A stretch of 64,000 nucleotides of DNA from an uncultured delta proteobacterium (lineage in GTDB: Bacteria; Desulfobacterota; RBG-13-43-22): positions 192,001 to 256,000 of the forward strand of contig CAVQFQ010000005.1 in NCBI GenBank assembly GCA_963711835.1, written 5' to 3'. The notes under the pieces are model-generated. The model was not told the DNA's origin and did not search any database. It saw only the letters and a program-made list of their open reading frames with translations. Below, piece by piece: positions 26,704-37,633 of the stretch. Positions within the stretch are counted from its first letter, which is position 1; every line of letters begins with the position of its first letter. The position numbers were made by a program, and so were the translations under genes.

Positions 26704-27185
26704 ATGCAGGTACTGGTGCTCTATTTTTCCAAGGGCGGCAACACCCGAAAACTGGCGGAATATGTGGCCGAAGGGGTCAATTGCGTTTCAGGGGTAAAAG
26801 CCGTCCTGAAAACCACCCAGGAAGTCACCAAGGAGGACTTCGTCAATTCAGCCGGTATCATTGCCGGATCGCCGGTCTATTTCGGGGTCATGGCCTGGGA
26901 ATTGAAAAAAATCATGGATGACTTTGTGGGGATTCGGAAAAAGATGGAAAACAAGGTCGGGGCGGCCTTTGCCACCTCCGGGGATCCTTCCGGGGGCAAA
27001 GAAACGACGATGATGTCCATCATCCAGGCCCTGCTTATCTACGGCATGGTGATTGTAGGCGATCCTATGTCCGCCACCGGCCATTTTGGGGTAGCCTGTG
27101 TGGTGCTCCGGATGAAAGGACCGCCGATCACGCTCGTAAATTGGGGAAACGGGTAGCCCAACTTTGCCTGAAGCTGGGGTCTTAA
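26704..27185 (+). CDS. WrbA-like flavodoxin/NAD(P)H-dependent oxidoreductase, frameshift near 27102
   Basis: YFSKGGNTRKLA, GSPVYFG, KVGAAFATSGDPSGGKETT; shifted tail APDERTADHARKLGKRVA. Confidence 0.88.
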
Positions 27186-27230
27186 CCAACAAGCTTTATA
27201 AAACACCCCCCTTCCCCCATATAAAATATT

Positions 27231-27680
27231 CTAATCCACCTCTGCCGGGGTTTGGCATTGCCGGCAGCGTTTGGCGCCGCGAAAGAGGGCATACCCGCAC
27301 TGAGGGCATTGATAGCGCTTTTCTTCGGCTTCGACCCAGGCCTCGGTCCCTAACTCCCTCCAGGCTGGGATGGCCCTGAGTATGACTTTTTTCCCTACCG
27401 GTATGGGGAATTGGTCAATGGCCGCACAGGGAAAATCGGCGCACTGGTGGCAGCCCTCATAGCCCCTCTCGCGGGTACAAGATTTGATGCTGCAGACCCG
27501 GCAAAATTCGAAAGGCCGTTCGGACATACAGCCCTCGCAACTGATTTTTTCAGGTGGCAGATTATAGACTCCGGATAACTTTTCTTTGAACTTCTCGTTG
27601 CCGTCCCGCGTAGCCAAGAGGATCCCGCAAACCCCGCAATAAAGCCCGCAGGGGGCCAGCCATTCCTTTTTGATCTCCAT
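27231..27680 (-). CDS. DUF3795-family Cys-rich protein
   Basis: APCGLYCGVC, CEGC, CRVCSIKSC, GCHQCADFPC, CPQCG...CRQC. Confidence 0.85.
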   Translation of the reverse strand: MEIKKEWLAPCGLYCGVCGILLATRDGNEKFKEKLSGVYNLPPEKISCEGCMSERPFEFCRVCSIKSCTRERGYEGCHQCADFPCAAIDQFPIPVGKKVILRAIPAWRELGTEAWVEAEEKRYQCPQCGYALFRGAKRCRQCQTPAEVD

Positions 27681-27790
27681 TTGTCAACCTCCAGGATCTG
27701 AAGATATTTTCATTTTCAAATACAGATATACTATAAAACTGCCGGTCCCGGTCAAAAAAAATAGCGGCTCCCTCGACCTCAAACATATTT

Positions 27791-27819
27791 TTGACAGGCT
27801 TTGGTCCTGATGGTATATC
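27791..27819 (+). promoter_or_regulatory. Sigma70-type promoter for the fadH-like gene
   Basis: TTGACA-17 bp-TATATC with extended TG; AGGAGG SD at 27841. Confidence 0.6.
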
Positions 27820-27851
27820 AATAACATTCATCAATCATTCAGGAGGCAACC

Positions 27852-29867
27852 ATGTCCCAAGGAACACAACTTCGGAAGCTATTTTCACCGATTCACCTCA
27901 ATAAAACCGAAATAGGCAACCGGATCGTCATGCCGGCCATGCATCTGGGCTATACCCCGGATGGCCTTGTTTCCGAGAGGCTGATCGATTTTTACCTTGA
28001 AAGGGCCCAGGGAGGAGTCGGCCTCATTATCATCGGCGGCTGCACCATTGATGAATACGGAGGTATGGCCGGGATGATCGCCATCCATGATGACCGTTTC
28101 ATGGAGGGCCTGGCCAAGTTGGCCCAAGCCGTTCAATCGGAAGGGACTAAACTCTTTGCCCAGCTTTATCAGGCCGGAAGATACGCCTATTCCTTCCTGA
28201 TCGGCGGCAAGACCCCCCTGGCCCCCTCGGCGGTCCGCAGCAAGCTCACCGGCGAAACGCCCAAGGCTATGGACCGGGATGAAATCGCCATGGTCCAGCA
28301 AAGTTTCGTTCAAGCCGCTTTGCGTTCTCAAAAAGCCGGCCTGGACGGAGTGGAAGTTTTGGGGAGCGCCGGCTATTTGATCAGCCAGTTCCTCTCCCCC
28401 ATCACCAACAAACGCCAGGACGAGTACGGCGGGTCCTGGGAAAATCGGCTGCGTTTCGGCCGAGAGGTGGTGGAAAAAATCCGCCTGGCCGTGGGGCCGG
28501 ATTTTCCTGTCATGGTCCGGATTGCCGGCAACGATTTCATGCCCGGCGGCAATACCAACCAGGAAGCCGCCCTTTTCGGCCGGGCCATGGAAGAGGCCAG
28601 GGCCGATGCCCTGAATGTCACCGGCGGCTGGCATGAAACCCGGGTGCCTCAGTTGACCATGATGCTTCCCCAGGGGGCCTTCACCTATCTGGCCCAGGGA
28701 GTAAAAAATGCCGTGGCCATTCCCGTCATAGCCTGCAACCGCATCAACGACCCCCAATTGGCCGATCAGGTCCTGCGCGACGACCAGGCCGATATGATCG
28801 GGATGGCCCGGGCCCTGATCACCGATCCCCAGATGCCCAAGAAAGCCATGGGCGGAAACCTGCAGGGCATTCAGCACTGTATTGCCTGCAATCAAGGCTG
28901 TTTTGATGAAGTCTTTAAACTCCAGCCGGTTACCTGTCTGGTGAATCCCAGGGCCGGCAAAGAAAAAGAATATCCGATTATCCGGGCCGAGAAAAAGAAA
29001 AAGGTCCTGGTCGTCGGCGGCGGTCCGGCCGGCATGATGGCCGCGGTCACCGCGGCCCGCCGGGGACATGCGGTTACCCTTTATGAACGTGAATCCCTTC
29101 TGGGAGGCCAACTGCCTCTGGCCGCCAGCCCTCCCGGCCGGGAAGAGATGGCCACCCTGATTAAGGACCTGGCCTATCAACTGGAGGTGTCAGCCGTTGA
29201 GGTGCACCTGGATCATGAAGTCACCTCAACCTTGGCGGAAGCCCTTGCTCCGGAAGTCATTATTGTTGCCACCGGGGCCCGGCCCCTGATCCCTCCTATC
29301 CCGGGAGTGAACGGGCCTCAGGTCCATACCGCCTGGGAGGTGCTCTCCGGCCAATTGGACGTCGTCAATCCGGTAGTCATCATCGGCGGAGGCGCCGTCG
29401 GCTGTGAAACCGCCCTCCTTCTGGCCCGAATAGGGACCCTTTCACCCCGGCAGTTATATTTCCTCCTTGAAAACCAGGCCGAAACACCGGAAACCCTTAC
29501 GCAGCTCATTCTTCATGGAAATAAGGAGATAACGATTGTAGAAATGATTTCCAAACTGGGTTCGGATATCGGCGCTTCAACCCGCTGGTCAATCCTTCAG
29601 GACATCCACCGCCGGGGGATCCAAACCCTTCTTGGTTCCCGGGTAATTGAAATTACACCCGAAGGGGTGGTCATCCGGAAAGAGGAATCTCTTAAGACTA
29701 TCCCGGCCCGAACGGTGGTTCTGGCCACCGGGTCGGAACCCCTGAGGGACTTGTATGAAGAACTCAAGGCCCTGGGGCCTGAAGTTTATTTAATCGGCGA
29801 TGCCCAGTCTCCTCGCAAGGCCCTGGAAGCGATTCGGGAGGGGCTGGAGGTAGCGCTGAAAATATAG
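27852..29867 (+). CDS. fadH: 2,4-dienoyl-CoA reductase-like NADH:flavin oxidoreductase (old yellow enzyme + FeS + FAD)
   Basis: GYLISQFLSP.TNKRQDEYGGS.ENRLRF, GWHETRVP, CIACNQGC..CLVNP, two GxGxxG motifs. Confidence 0.88.
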   Translation: MSQGTQLRKLFSPIHLNKTEIGNRIVMPAMHLGYTPDGLVSERLIDFYLERAQGGVGLIIIGGCTIDEYGGMAGMIAIHDDRFMEGLAKLAQAVQSEGTKLFAQLYQAGRYAYSFLIGGKTPLAPSAVRSKLTGETPKAMDRDEIAMVQQSFVQAALRSQKAGLDGVEVLGSAGYLISQFLSPITNKRQDEYGGSWENRLRFGREVVEKIRLAVGPDFPVMVRIAGNDFMPGGNTNQEAALFGRAMEEARADALNVTGGWHETRVPQLTMMLPQGAFTYLAQGVKNAVAIPVIACNRINDPQLADQVLRDDQADMIGMARALITDPQMPKKAMGGNLQGIQHCIACNQGCFDEVFKLQPVTCLVNPRAGKEKEYPIIRAEKKKKVLVVGGGPAGMMAAVTAARRGHAVTLYERESLLGGQLPLAASPPGREEMATLIKDLAYQLEVSAVEVHLDHEVTSTLAEALAPEVIIVATGARPLIPPIPGVNGPQVHTAWEVLSGQLDVVNPVVIIGGGAVGCETALLLARIGTLSPRQLYFLLENQAETPETLTQLILHGNKEITIVEMISKLGSDIGASTRWSILQDIHRRGIQTLLGSRVIEITPEGVVIRKEESLKTIPARTVVLATGSEPLRDLYEELKALGPEVYLIGDAQSPRKALEAIREGLEVALKI

Positions 29868-29958
29868 ACCTTTACGGTATCAAAATATTAACGACGTTTC
29901 CCAGGCCGGTGGGGCTGTTTTTTCTGGAGTCATTGGCGAAAGGGTCAGCCGTGGCGGA

Positions 29959-30067
29959 TCTTTTCCGGACTTATCCATGGGGGAAACCGCAGCTCGGCCG
30001 CTGGTGTTTAGCGGGCGAGAATGCGGAGGGGGTAAAGAATCTCCCATGGACAAGTCCGAAGAAAAGA
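29959..30067. repeat. Short relative of the rod-like element (copy D)
   Basis: TCTTTTCCGGACTTATCCATGGGGGA pairs with TCTCCCATGGACAAGTCCGAAGAAAAGA; shares TGGACAA...GAAAAGA arm motif with copy C. Confidence 0.6.
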
Positions 30068-30185
30068 CCAGCCCGAAAGCCACAGACGGAAGAAAAAGCG
30101 GCCTCACCGGGACGTTACAACTACGAGGCAGTTAATAAGTTACCCTCTTTTTTTAATCCCCTGATGAGACAGGAAGGAGACGCAA

Positions 30186-31331
30186 ATGATAACCCCCTGG
30201 TTTAAGGAAGAACACGAAATTTTTCGCAAGACCGTACGAAAATTTATGGAGACCGAGTTCGCTCCCCATGCGGATGACTGGGAGGAAAAGAAGGACTTCC
30301 CCAACTGGGTCTTTAAACGGGCGGGCGAGATGGGCTTTATCGGCCTCACCTACCCTGAGGAGGTAGGCGGTTCGGGGTGCGACACCTTCTATAAGGCCGT
30401 TTTTTGCGAAGAACTGCCGCGATCCGAGTCCGGGAGCGTGAACATGGCCTTGCTGGTGCAGAGCGACATGGCCTCACCCCCCATAAACATACTCGGCACC
30501 CCGGAGCAGAAGGAAGAATACCTGGTTCCCATGATCAAGGGGGACAAGATCGGTGCCCTGGGTGTCACCGAACCCAATGCCGGTTCGGATGTAGCCGCCA
30601 TGAGGACCACGGCCCGAAGGGATGGGGACTACTACCGGATCAATGGGACCAAGCTCTTTATCACCAACGGGGCCCGGGCCGATGTCATCACTTTGGCCGC
30701 CAAGACCGACCCGGACCAGGGCTACCACGGCATCAGCCTCTTTCTGGTGGATACCGCCCTGCCAGGCTTCTCAGTCAGCCGCAGACTCGAAAAAATGGGC
30801 ATGCATGCCTCCGATACCACGGAATTGCGCTTTGACGACGTGCGGGTTCACAAGAGCAAACTCCTGGGCCGGGAAAACCAGGGCTTCTATGAGGTGATGA
30901 TCAATTTCCAGGGGGAACGCCTGGTGGCTGCCCTAACGGCGGCCGCCGGTGCCTCCTATGTCCTCGACAAAACGATCACCTATATCAAAGAACGTGAGGT
31001 TTTCGGGAGACCCCTGAGCAAATTTCAAATCACCCGGCACAAAGTTGTGGATATGATCTGTGAGATTGAGGCTGTTCGACAATACCTCTATTATTGCTGC
31101 TGGCTCTTTGATCAGAACAAAAATCCGGCCCGGGAGGTCTCCATCGCCAAGATCATGGCCACCGAGATGTCCCTAAGGGTGATCAATCAGTGCCTCCAGC
31201 TCCACGGCGGTTACGGCTACATGAAGGAGTTCAAGATTGAGCGGGCCTACCGGGATGCCCGGTTGGGGACCATCGGGGGAGGCGCCACCGAGGTCCTGAA
31301 AGAGGTCATCGGCCGGATGGAAGGCCTCTAA
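30186..31331 (+). CDS. Acyl-CoA dehydrogenase (long-chain/AtuD-like)
   Basis: ALGVTEPNAGSDVA, NGTKLFITNG, KMGMHASDT, FQGERL, REVFG, QLHGGYGY, IGGGATEV. Confidence 0.95.
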   Translation: MITPWFKEEHEIFRKTVRKFMETEFAPHADDWEEKKDFPNWVFKRAGEMGFIGLTYPEEVGGSGCDTFYKAVFCEELPRSESGSVNMALLVQSDMASPPINILGTPEQKEEYLVPMIKGDKIGALGVTEPNAGSDVAAMRTTARRDGDYYRINGTKLFITNGARADVITLAAKTDPDQGYHGISLFLVDTALPGFSVSRRLEKMGMHASDTTELRFDDVRVHKSKLLGRENQGFYEVMINFQGERLVAALTAAAGASYVLDKTITYIKEREVFGRPLSKFQITRHKVVDMICEIEAVRQYLYYCCWLFDQNKNPAREVSIAKIMATEMSLRVINQCLQLHGGYGYMKEFKIERAYRDARLGTIGGGATEVLKEVIGRMEGL

Positions 31332-31827
31332 GGGCGTTTTTTCGTAAGGCCTGCGGCCTGACGAGGATAACCAAAGCGCCATGGAATGACGTTTAAATAA
31401 TTTCTTGACAAAGCCCCCTTTTTTGCTTTAGCTTTATGCTGACCTTTTAACGGGCCGGCCGCCTGGTTCTCCTGTGGGTAGTTGACGTGCCTTACCGGTA
31501 ACAGGTTGTCAGGCGTTTTCTTCAATTTTTCATCTCTTCAACAGGTTCTACCAAGAAGCCCTTTGGAACTACCCCAAAGGTTCAAATCCATCGTCTTACG
31601 AAACCCAGGGGATGCCTTGGGATCGGACGGAGGAATTATTTGCAGCTCACCGATCACGGTCCTGATCAAACTTCCATTTATTATTCCAGCTTTTTTGGCC
31701 TGGGGGTTTCCCCGGCACTCCGACATTCCTTGGGAGGAGGTGAAAAAAAGGACCACGGCATAAAAATTAGCAGCTTCACCGGATAACCCGATCGTCTGAC
31801 GCACTTTATCCAGAAGGAGGTAAAGTA

Positions 31828-33129
31828 ATGAAGCCAAGATTTTTTATTTGCTTTTCATGTTTTCTTGCCCTGGTGGTGATGGCCTTTAGCCCTGTTTCAG
31901 CCAAAGAGATCAAGGTCCTCTCCCAGTTTCCCATGAGCGGCCCGGTGGGCTCCCTGCCCGAATTCGGATGGGGTTATATCGACGGGATGAACTGGGTCAA
32001 CGGCGAAGGGGGCGGGGTCAATGGAAAAAAGATCAAATGGTACCTCGAGGACTTTCGCTACGACCCCACCGTGGAGGTCGCCAATTTCAACAAGTACGCT
32101 GCCGAGCACAGCAAGGATGAATTCATCCTGGCCACCGGCTATATTACCGGCGGCCTGAAGCCGCTGATCGACAAGGTCAACAAGGAACAGAAGATCCCCT
32201 GGATTGAGGGCTCCTATTCCACGGAGATCTTCGGCGACCAGGGCGGGCCATCCAAATACCCCTATTACTACTCCCTGGGCGCCACCTACGGCGATCAGGT
32301 CATGATCCTGATGAAGTGGATCAAGGAAAACTACAAGGGGGAGGGCAAAGCCAAGGTCGGTTTTGTCTACAGCCCTACGGCCTGGGGCAGGGACGGGACC
32401 CCCGAGGGGATCGCCTATGCCAAGAAGATCGGCCTGGAGGTGGTGGCCGAGATCGAGTATCCCTACACGGCCACTGACGCCACCAACGAGTGCATGCAAC
32501 TCCGGAAGGCCAAGGCCCAGTATGTGGTCTACCACGGCTATTCCGGGGCCGCCCGCCATACCGCCATTTTCTTCAAAACGGCCAAGAAGATCCTCAAGGA
32601 CGTTCAGCTCATGGGCACCCATTACACCACCGGAAGGATGCCCATCCTGTCCTGCCAGGAGGCCTATGACGGATACATCGGGGTGGCCACCCGGCCTTTT
32701 CTGGATGCCGTACCCCGGTCCCAGACCCCTATGGACAACCCCATGGTCAAACTCGCCCATCAATTTGCCCAGAAGTACCGGCCTGAGGAATACAAGAGGG
32801 GCGTACAAGAGAAGGATTCCATCAAGGACATGTTCCTTTACACGGAAGGACTCCTTTATGCCCTGTTGATCCAAAAGGTCCTGACCGATGCCGACAAGGC
32901 CGGCAACCTGACCCGGGAGGGGGTCAATAAGGCCCTGGACAACTTGGTCTGGGACTTCAAGGGCATGTTTAGGGGAAAGAAGTTTGCCTACAAGAAGACC
33001 CATACCATACCCATGATGCAAATGTTCAAGGCCAACGTCAAGATGGTCAAGATGGGCGAGGCCATGGTTCCTACAGGCGCTGTGGTCCCTATCAGCGACT
33101 GGATCAATAGCGACGAAGTCAAGTGGTAG
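31828..33129 (+). CDS. ABC transporter substrate-binding protein, LivJ/PBP1 type
   Basis: Signal peptide, PMSGPVG, NGEGGVNGKKI..EDFRYDP; heads a Liv-type operon; AGGAGG SD. Confidence 0.88.
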   Translation: MKPRFFICFSCFLALVVMAFSPVSAKEIKVLSQFPMSGPVGSLPEFGWGYIDGMNWVNGEGGGVNGKKIKWYLEDFRYDPTVEVANFNKYAAEHSKDEFILATGYITGGLKPLIDKVNKEQKIPWIEGSYSTEIFGDQGGPSKYPYYYSLGATYGDQVMILMKWIKENYKGEGKAKVGFVYSPTAWGRDGTPEGIAYAKKIGLEVVAEIEYPYTATDATNECMQLRKAKAQYVVYHGYSGAARHTAIFFKTAKKILKDVQLMGTHYTTGRMPILSCQEAYDGYIGVATRPFLDAVPRSQTPMDNPMVKLAHQFAQKYRPEEYKRGVQEKDSIKDMFLYTEGLLYALLIQKVLTDADKAGNLTREGVNKALDNLVWDFKGMFRGKKFAYKKTHTIPMMQMFKANVKMVKMGEAMVPTGAVVPISDWINSDEVKW

Positions 33130-33148
33130 TCTAAACCAACCCATCTGA

Positions 33149-33199
33149 AAATCACCCGCTTTATCCCTCCTTTGACAAAGGGGGGGTGAGCGGGGATTT
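33149..33199. repeat. REP-like GC-rich hairpin between SBP and permease genes
   Basis: AAATCACCCGCT..TCCCTCCTTTG pairs with CAAAGGGGGGGTGAGCGGGGATTT. Confidence 0.65.
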
Positions 33200-33250
33200 A
33201 TTAAGCCTTTCTTTGATGAAATAGGATAATCCATTTTCCCGGAGGTCTTC

Positions 33251-34135
33251 ATGACCGATATTCTTCAGACATTGGGTTCGGGAGTCCTGGTCGGCCTGGT
33301 CTATGCATTGCTGGGTCTGTGCATTGTCATCATATTTAAAGCCTCTGAGGCCTTTAACTTTGCCATAGGCGAATTTCTGGTCATCGGTTCCTTTCTTTTC
33401 TACATCCTGTTTTTTGATCTCCATATCCCTCTCCTGGTTGCCCTGCCTCTGGGACTGTTGGCCGCCGCCCTGGCCGGGGCCATTATCGAACGTCTGACCA
33501 TCAAGCCCTTGCTGGGACGGTCCCCCATCTCCATGACCATCGTCACTCTGGGGCTCGGGTTTTTCCTGAGGGCTTGCCTACAACTCATCTTCGGGTCCTC
33601 CAGCTATTCCTTTTTTCTGAACCTGCCTGATATTTCCCTGGAGGCCGGGAACCTCCTTTTCCTGTCCGATCCCATCTGGGCCGGGATCCTATCCCTGGCC
33701 ACCTTTGGGCTGGTCATGTTTCTCCTCTTTCGGACCCGCTGGGGACTGGCCATCCGGGCCACCTCTGAAAACCAGGCCAAGGCCATGGCCTTTGGAATCA
33801 ATGCCCGATTTATCCTCTTGATTGTCTGGGCTTTAAGCTCGGCCTGTATAGCCGTGGCCGGGATCATGATCTCAAACTTCGGGGCCCTGTCCACCATGTC
33901 CTCCATCGTCGGCCTGAGGGCCATTCCGGTGGTCCTGATCGGCGGGATGGACAGCATCGGAGGCGCCCTGATCGGCGGTATTATCGTCGGTGTCTGTGAG
34001 TCCCTGGTCGGAACCTATCTGGAACCCCTGGGCCTGATAGGCTTCAAGGATGTGGCGCCCTACATCCTTTTGCTGATTGTGCTGCTGATCCGGCCTTACG
34101 GCCTTTTCGGCACGGTCCGAATCGAGAGAGTCTAA
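33251..34135 (+). CDS. Branched-chain-type ABC permease, LivH-like
   Basis: GLVYALLGL, FNFAIGE, TRWGLAIRATSEN..A.A.GIN, IGGMDSI.GA, RPYGLFG. Confidence 0.92.
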   Translation: MTDILQTLGSGVLVGLVYALLGLCIVIIFKASEAFNFAIGEFLVIGSFLFYILFFDLHIPLLVALPLGLLAAALAGAIIERLTIKPLLGRSPISMTIVTLGLGFFLRACLQLIFGSSSYSFFLNLPDISLEAGNLLFLSDPIWAGILSLATFGLVMFLLFRTRWGLAIRATSENQAKAMAFGINARFILLIVWALSSACIAVAGIMISNFGALSTMSSIVGLRAIPVVLIGGMDSIGGALIGGIIVGVCESLVGTYLEPLGLIGFKDVAPYILLLIVLLIRPYGLFGTVRIERV

Positions 34136-34137
34136 CT

Positions 34138-34924
34138 ATGTTAGCCATTGAAAACCTGAGGGTCGTTTACCACGATGTCATCTCCGTCCTGAACGGGATA
34201 TCGCTCACGGTCCAGGAAGGTGAGATCCTCATCATTATCGGGGCCAACGGGGCCGGCAAGACCACCCTGCTTCGGACTGTGGCCGGGATGATCGATTTCT
34301 ATGACGGCGATATCATCGAAGGGGACATCAAGGTGGGACGGGGCCTCCATTAAGGGGCTGGATGCCACCGACATCATGAAGCGCTATAGACTCACCTACG
34401 TCATGGAGGATCGGCCGGTCTTCTGGTACCTGACCGTTGAAGAAAACCTTGGAGCGGCCTCCTTCTCCAGATGGGATAAACAGGTCAAGACCGATATGGA
34501 GAGGGTCTACGATTATTTCCCTACGCTCGGGGCGCTGCGGCACAAGAAGGCCGGCTACGCCTCGGGCGGTGAGCAGCAGATGCTGGCTATCGGCATGGCC
34601 TTGATGACCAAACCCAAGATCCTCCTCTTAGATGAACCGTCCCTGGGACTGGCCCCCCTTATCACCGAGGAGCTCTTCAGGATCATCAAGCAGCTTAACG
34701 ACTCCGGTATCAGCATTGTACTGGTGGAGCAGAATGCCCACGCCGCCCTCGATATCGGCACCAGGGGCTACGTGATCGAACTGGGCCGCATCGTTCTTGA
34801 GGGAAAGGCCGAAGACCTCATAACCAACAAGGATGTACGCGAATTCTACCTGGGCTCGGGAGAGAAGAAACGAAAGAGCTACCGGGACGCCAAACGATAC
34901 AAGAGGCGAAAGCGATGGCTGTAG
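34138..34924 (+). CDS. ABC ATPase, LivF-like, frameshift near 34332
   Basis: GANGAGKTT, SGGEQQMLAIG, LLLDEPSLGLAP, VEQN, tail YKRRKRWL. Confidence 0.9.
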
Positions 34925-35712
34925 AAACAACGACCGGGCCTGAGATCCTGGTGATCAAGGGCGTGAAGCTTTCATTTGGCGGTTTGCAGATCCTTAACGA
35001 GATTGACCTTTCCGTTCATCGGGGGGAGATCTTCTGCATCATCGGCCCAAACGGCGCCGGTAAGACGAGTCTGCTCAATTGCATCAATGCCCACTACCGG
35101 CCTCAAGCAGGTAAAATCCTTTTTGAAGGAAAGGATATCACCTCCCTGCAACCCCACCAGGTAGCCGGCCTGGGCATAGCCAGGACCTTTCAGAAGGTTG
35201 AGCTCTTTCAGGGTATGACCGTGCTGGACAACATCAAGCTGGGCCGTCACGGCCTGATGAAGTTCTCTCTCCTGGGAAGTTTTTTCAGGCTCCCCCCTAT
35301 AGTCCGCGATGAGATGATCCACCGAAAAGAGATCGAAGAGGAGATCATAGATTTCATGGGCCTGTCGAGTTTCCGTTACTCTCCGGTGGGGATCCTCCCG
35401 CTTGGGGTTCGCAAGCGGGTGGATATGGCCCGCGCCCTGGCCATGAGGCCCAGGATCCTTCTCCTGGATGAGATCATGTCGGGAATGGCGGTTGAGGAAA
35501 AAGAGGATGTCGCCAGCTACATACTGGATGTTCAGCGGGACATGGGGGTGACCATCGTCTGGATAGAACACGATTTGGCTGCTGTCATGGACCTCTCGGA
35601 TCGGGTCTGCGTCCTCAGCTTCGGGACCAAGATCGCCGAAGGGTTGCCGGAAGAGGTCCAGAAAGATCCCCGGGTGATCGAGGCCTATCTCGGAAGGCAG
35701 AAGGAGGCCTAA
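34915..35712 (+). CDS. ABC ATPase, LivG-like
   Basis: GPNGAGKTS, GIARTFQ, LLLDE, IEHD, DPRVIEAYLG. Confidence 0.93.
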   Translation: MAVETTTGPEILVIKGVKLSFGGLQILNEIDLSVHRGEIFCIIGPNGAGKTSLLNCINAHYRPQAGKILFEGKDITSLQPHQVAGLGIARTFQKVELFQGMTVLDNIKLGRHGLMKFSLLGSFFRLPPIVRDEMIHRKEIEEEIIDFMGLSSFRYSPVGILPLGVRKRVDMARALAMRPRILLLDEIMSGMAVEEKEDVASYILDVQRDMGVTIVWIEHDLAAVMDLSDRVCVLSFGTKIAEGLPEEVQKDPRVIEAYLGRQKEA

Positions 35713-37633
35713 TGGAACCTATGCTTGAGCATAACTTGATCGGCCTCATTGTCAAGAACGCGGCCGAGATGCCGGATGAGGTCGCCATCCGGGAGAAGCG
35801 CTTCGGGGTCTGGAGTCCTATAACCTGGGCCCAGTTCCAGGAAAAGGTCCAACGCTTTGCCCTGGGCCTGCTGGCCCTGGGCTTTCGGGCCGGACCAGAC
35901 GCTGGCCATCATCGGCGATAACAAGCCGGAATGGATCATCGCCGAATTCGGTGCCATGGCCGCCGGAGGACTCCCCACCGGAGCTTATCCGGACAGCCTG
36001 CCGGAGGAGATGGAATATCTGATCTCCTATGCTGAGGCCCGATTCCTGGTCTTGAGGGACCAGGAGCAGGCAGACAAGATTATTGCTATCTGGGAAGGGA
36101 TAAGGAATAAGGTGGCCAAGGTGATCGTCTGGGACTCCAGGGGGATGAGCCATTACTATAAGGAGTACCCCTTCCTGATGCGCTTTGAGGAGGTACTGGA
36201 GATCGGCGCCAGGGAGGAGGCCGCTGGCAAGAAGGATTATTTAGAAAAAAGGGCCAAGGAAATAGATCCTTCCAAACCGGCCATTATGCTGACGACCTCC
36301 GGGACCACGGCCAAGCCAAAGCTTTCTATCCTCAGCCACGAAAACCTCATCTTTGCCTCTGAGAGCTACGGCCAGGTGGTCCGAATGAACAAGGGGGATG
36401 AACTCCTCTCGGCCGCACCCCTGTCCTGGATTGGGGAACAGCTTTACAACGTCGCCCGCTTCCTGACGGTCGGGGCCCATTACAACTTCCCGGAAGAGAC
36501 CGAGACCCTCCGAAAGGATCTCCTGGAGCTCCAGCCCTATTATTTCGGTGGCACGCCCATTGTCTGGGAACTGATCATATCCACCATCCAGGCCGCCATG
36601 GACAATGCCGATTTTTTCAAGCGCTATTGCTACGGCCTGGCCATAAAGTCCGCTTTAAAGAAGACTGAGGCCGAGCTGGCCGGTGAACGGCCCGGCGTCT
36701 GGAGCAGGATGATCCACCCCCTGGCCAACTTCTTGGTGATTCGTCCCCTGAAGAACAAGGTCGGGCTGGGACGGGTCAGGATGGCCATTACGGGTGGAGG
36801 CGCCATCTCCCCCGAGGTCTTCAAATACTTCAAGGCCCTGGGGCTTGATCTTCGCCAGGTGTTCGGTCAGTCGGAGTGTGCCGGGATTGCCACCACCCAC
36901 AGGGAAGACGATGTCAGACCGGAGACCGTCGGGGTGGCCATTCCCGGGAGTGGAGGTGAAGCTCTCCGAAGAGGGGGAGATCCTGGTCCGGGGAAAGAAC
37001 ACCCATGTCGGTTACTATAAAAACGATAAGGCCACCCGGGAAGGCTACACGGAGGACGGCTTTCTCCGGACCGGGGATGCCGGGTATTTTGGTGAGGATG
37101 GCCATCTCTATGTCTTTGACCGGGCCAAGGACGTCATGACCCTGGAAGACGGCACCCGGTTTGCTCCCCAGGATATTGAGACCCGCCTGAAATTCAGTCC
37201 TTACATCCATGAGGCCATGGTCTGCGGGGCCGGAAGGCCGTCGGTAACCGCCATTGTCAGTATTGCTCTTGAGAATGTGGGAAACTGGGCCAAAAAGAGA
37301 GGCATGTCCTATACCACTATCCAGGACCTGGCCCAGAGACGGGAGGTCTATGAGCTGATCCGAAACGAGATAGCCAAGATCTGTAAACGCTTTCCTGAAA
37401 ACATAAGGATCAAACGTTTCGCCATACTCCTTAAGGCCCTCCACCCGGATGACGGAGAACTGACCAGGACCAGGAAGGTCAGAAGGGCCTTTGTAAACGA
37501 AAGGTACCAGGCCCTTATCGAAGACCTCTACCGCGCCACAGACAGGCATGACCTGGATATCGAGATACGTTACGAGGACGGTCGCATTTCAACCTTTAAA
37601 GGGATTGTTGCCATAGAGGAGATAGCAGAGTGA
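35712..37633 (+). CDS. Long-chain acyl-CoA synthetase (FACL-like), frameshifts near 35890 and 36947
   Basis: AIREKRFGVW, TTSGTTAKPK, FGQSE, TGDAG, LHPDDGELTRTRKVRR. Confidence 0.88.

Noticed and set aside
27885-29180. 431-aa minus-strand ORF
   Set aside because: Antisense shadow of the GC-rich fadH-like gene; no recognisable motifs
31897-33252. 451-aa minus-strand ORF
   Set aside because: Antisense shadow of the SBP gene caused by strong GC3 bias
34320-34345. Programmed ribosomal frameshift in the LivF-like ATPase and other split genes
   Set aside because: No slippery heptamer or stimulatory structure; too many unrelated genes are affected
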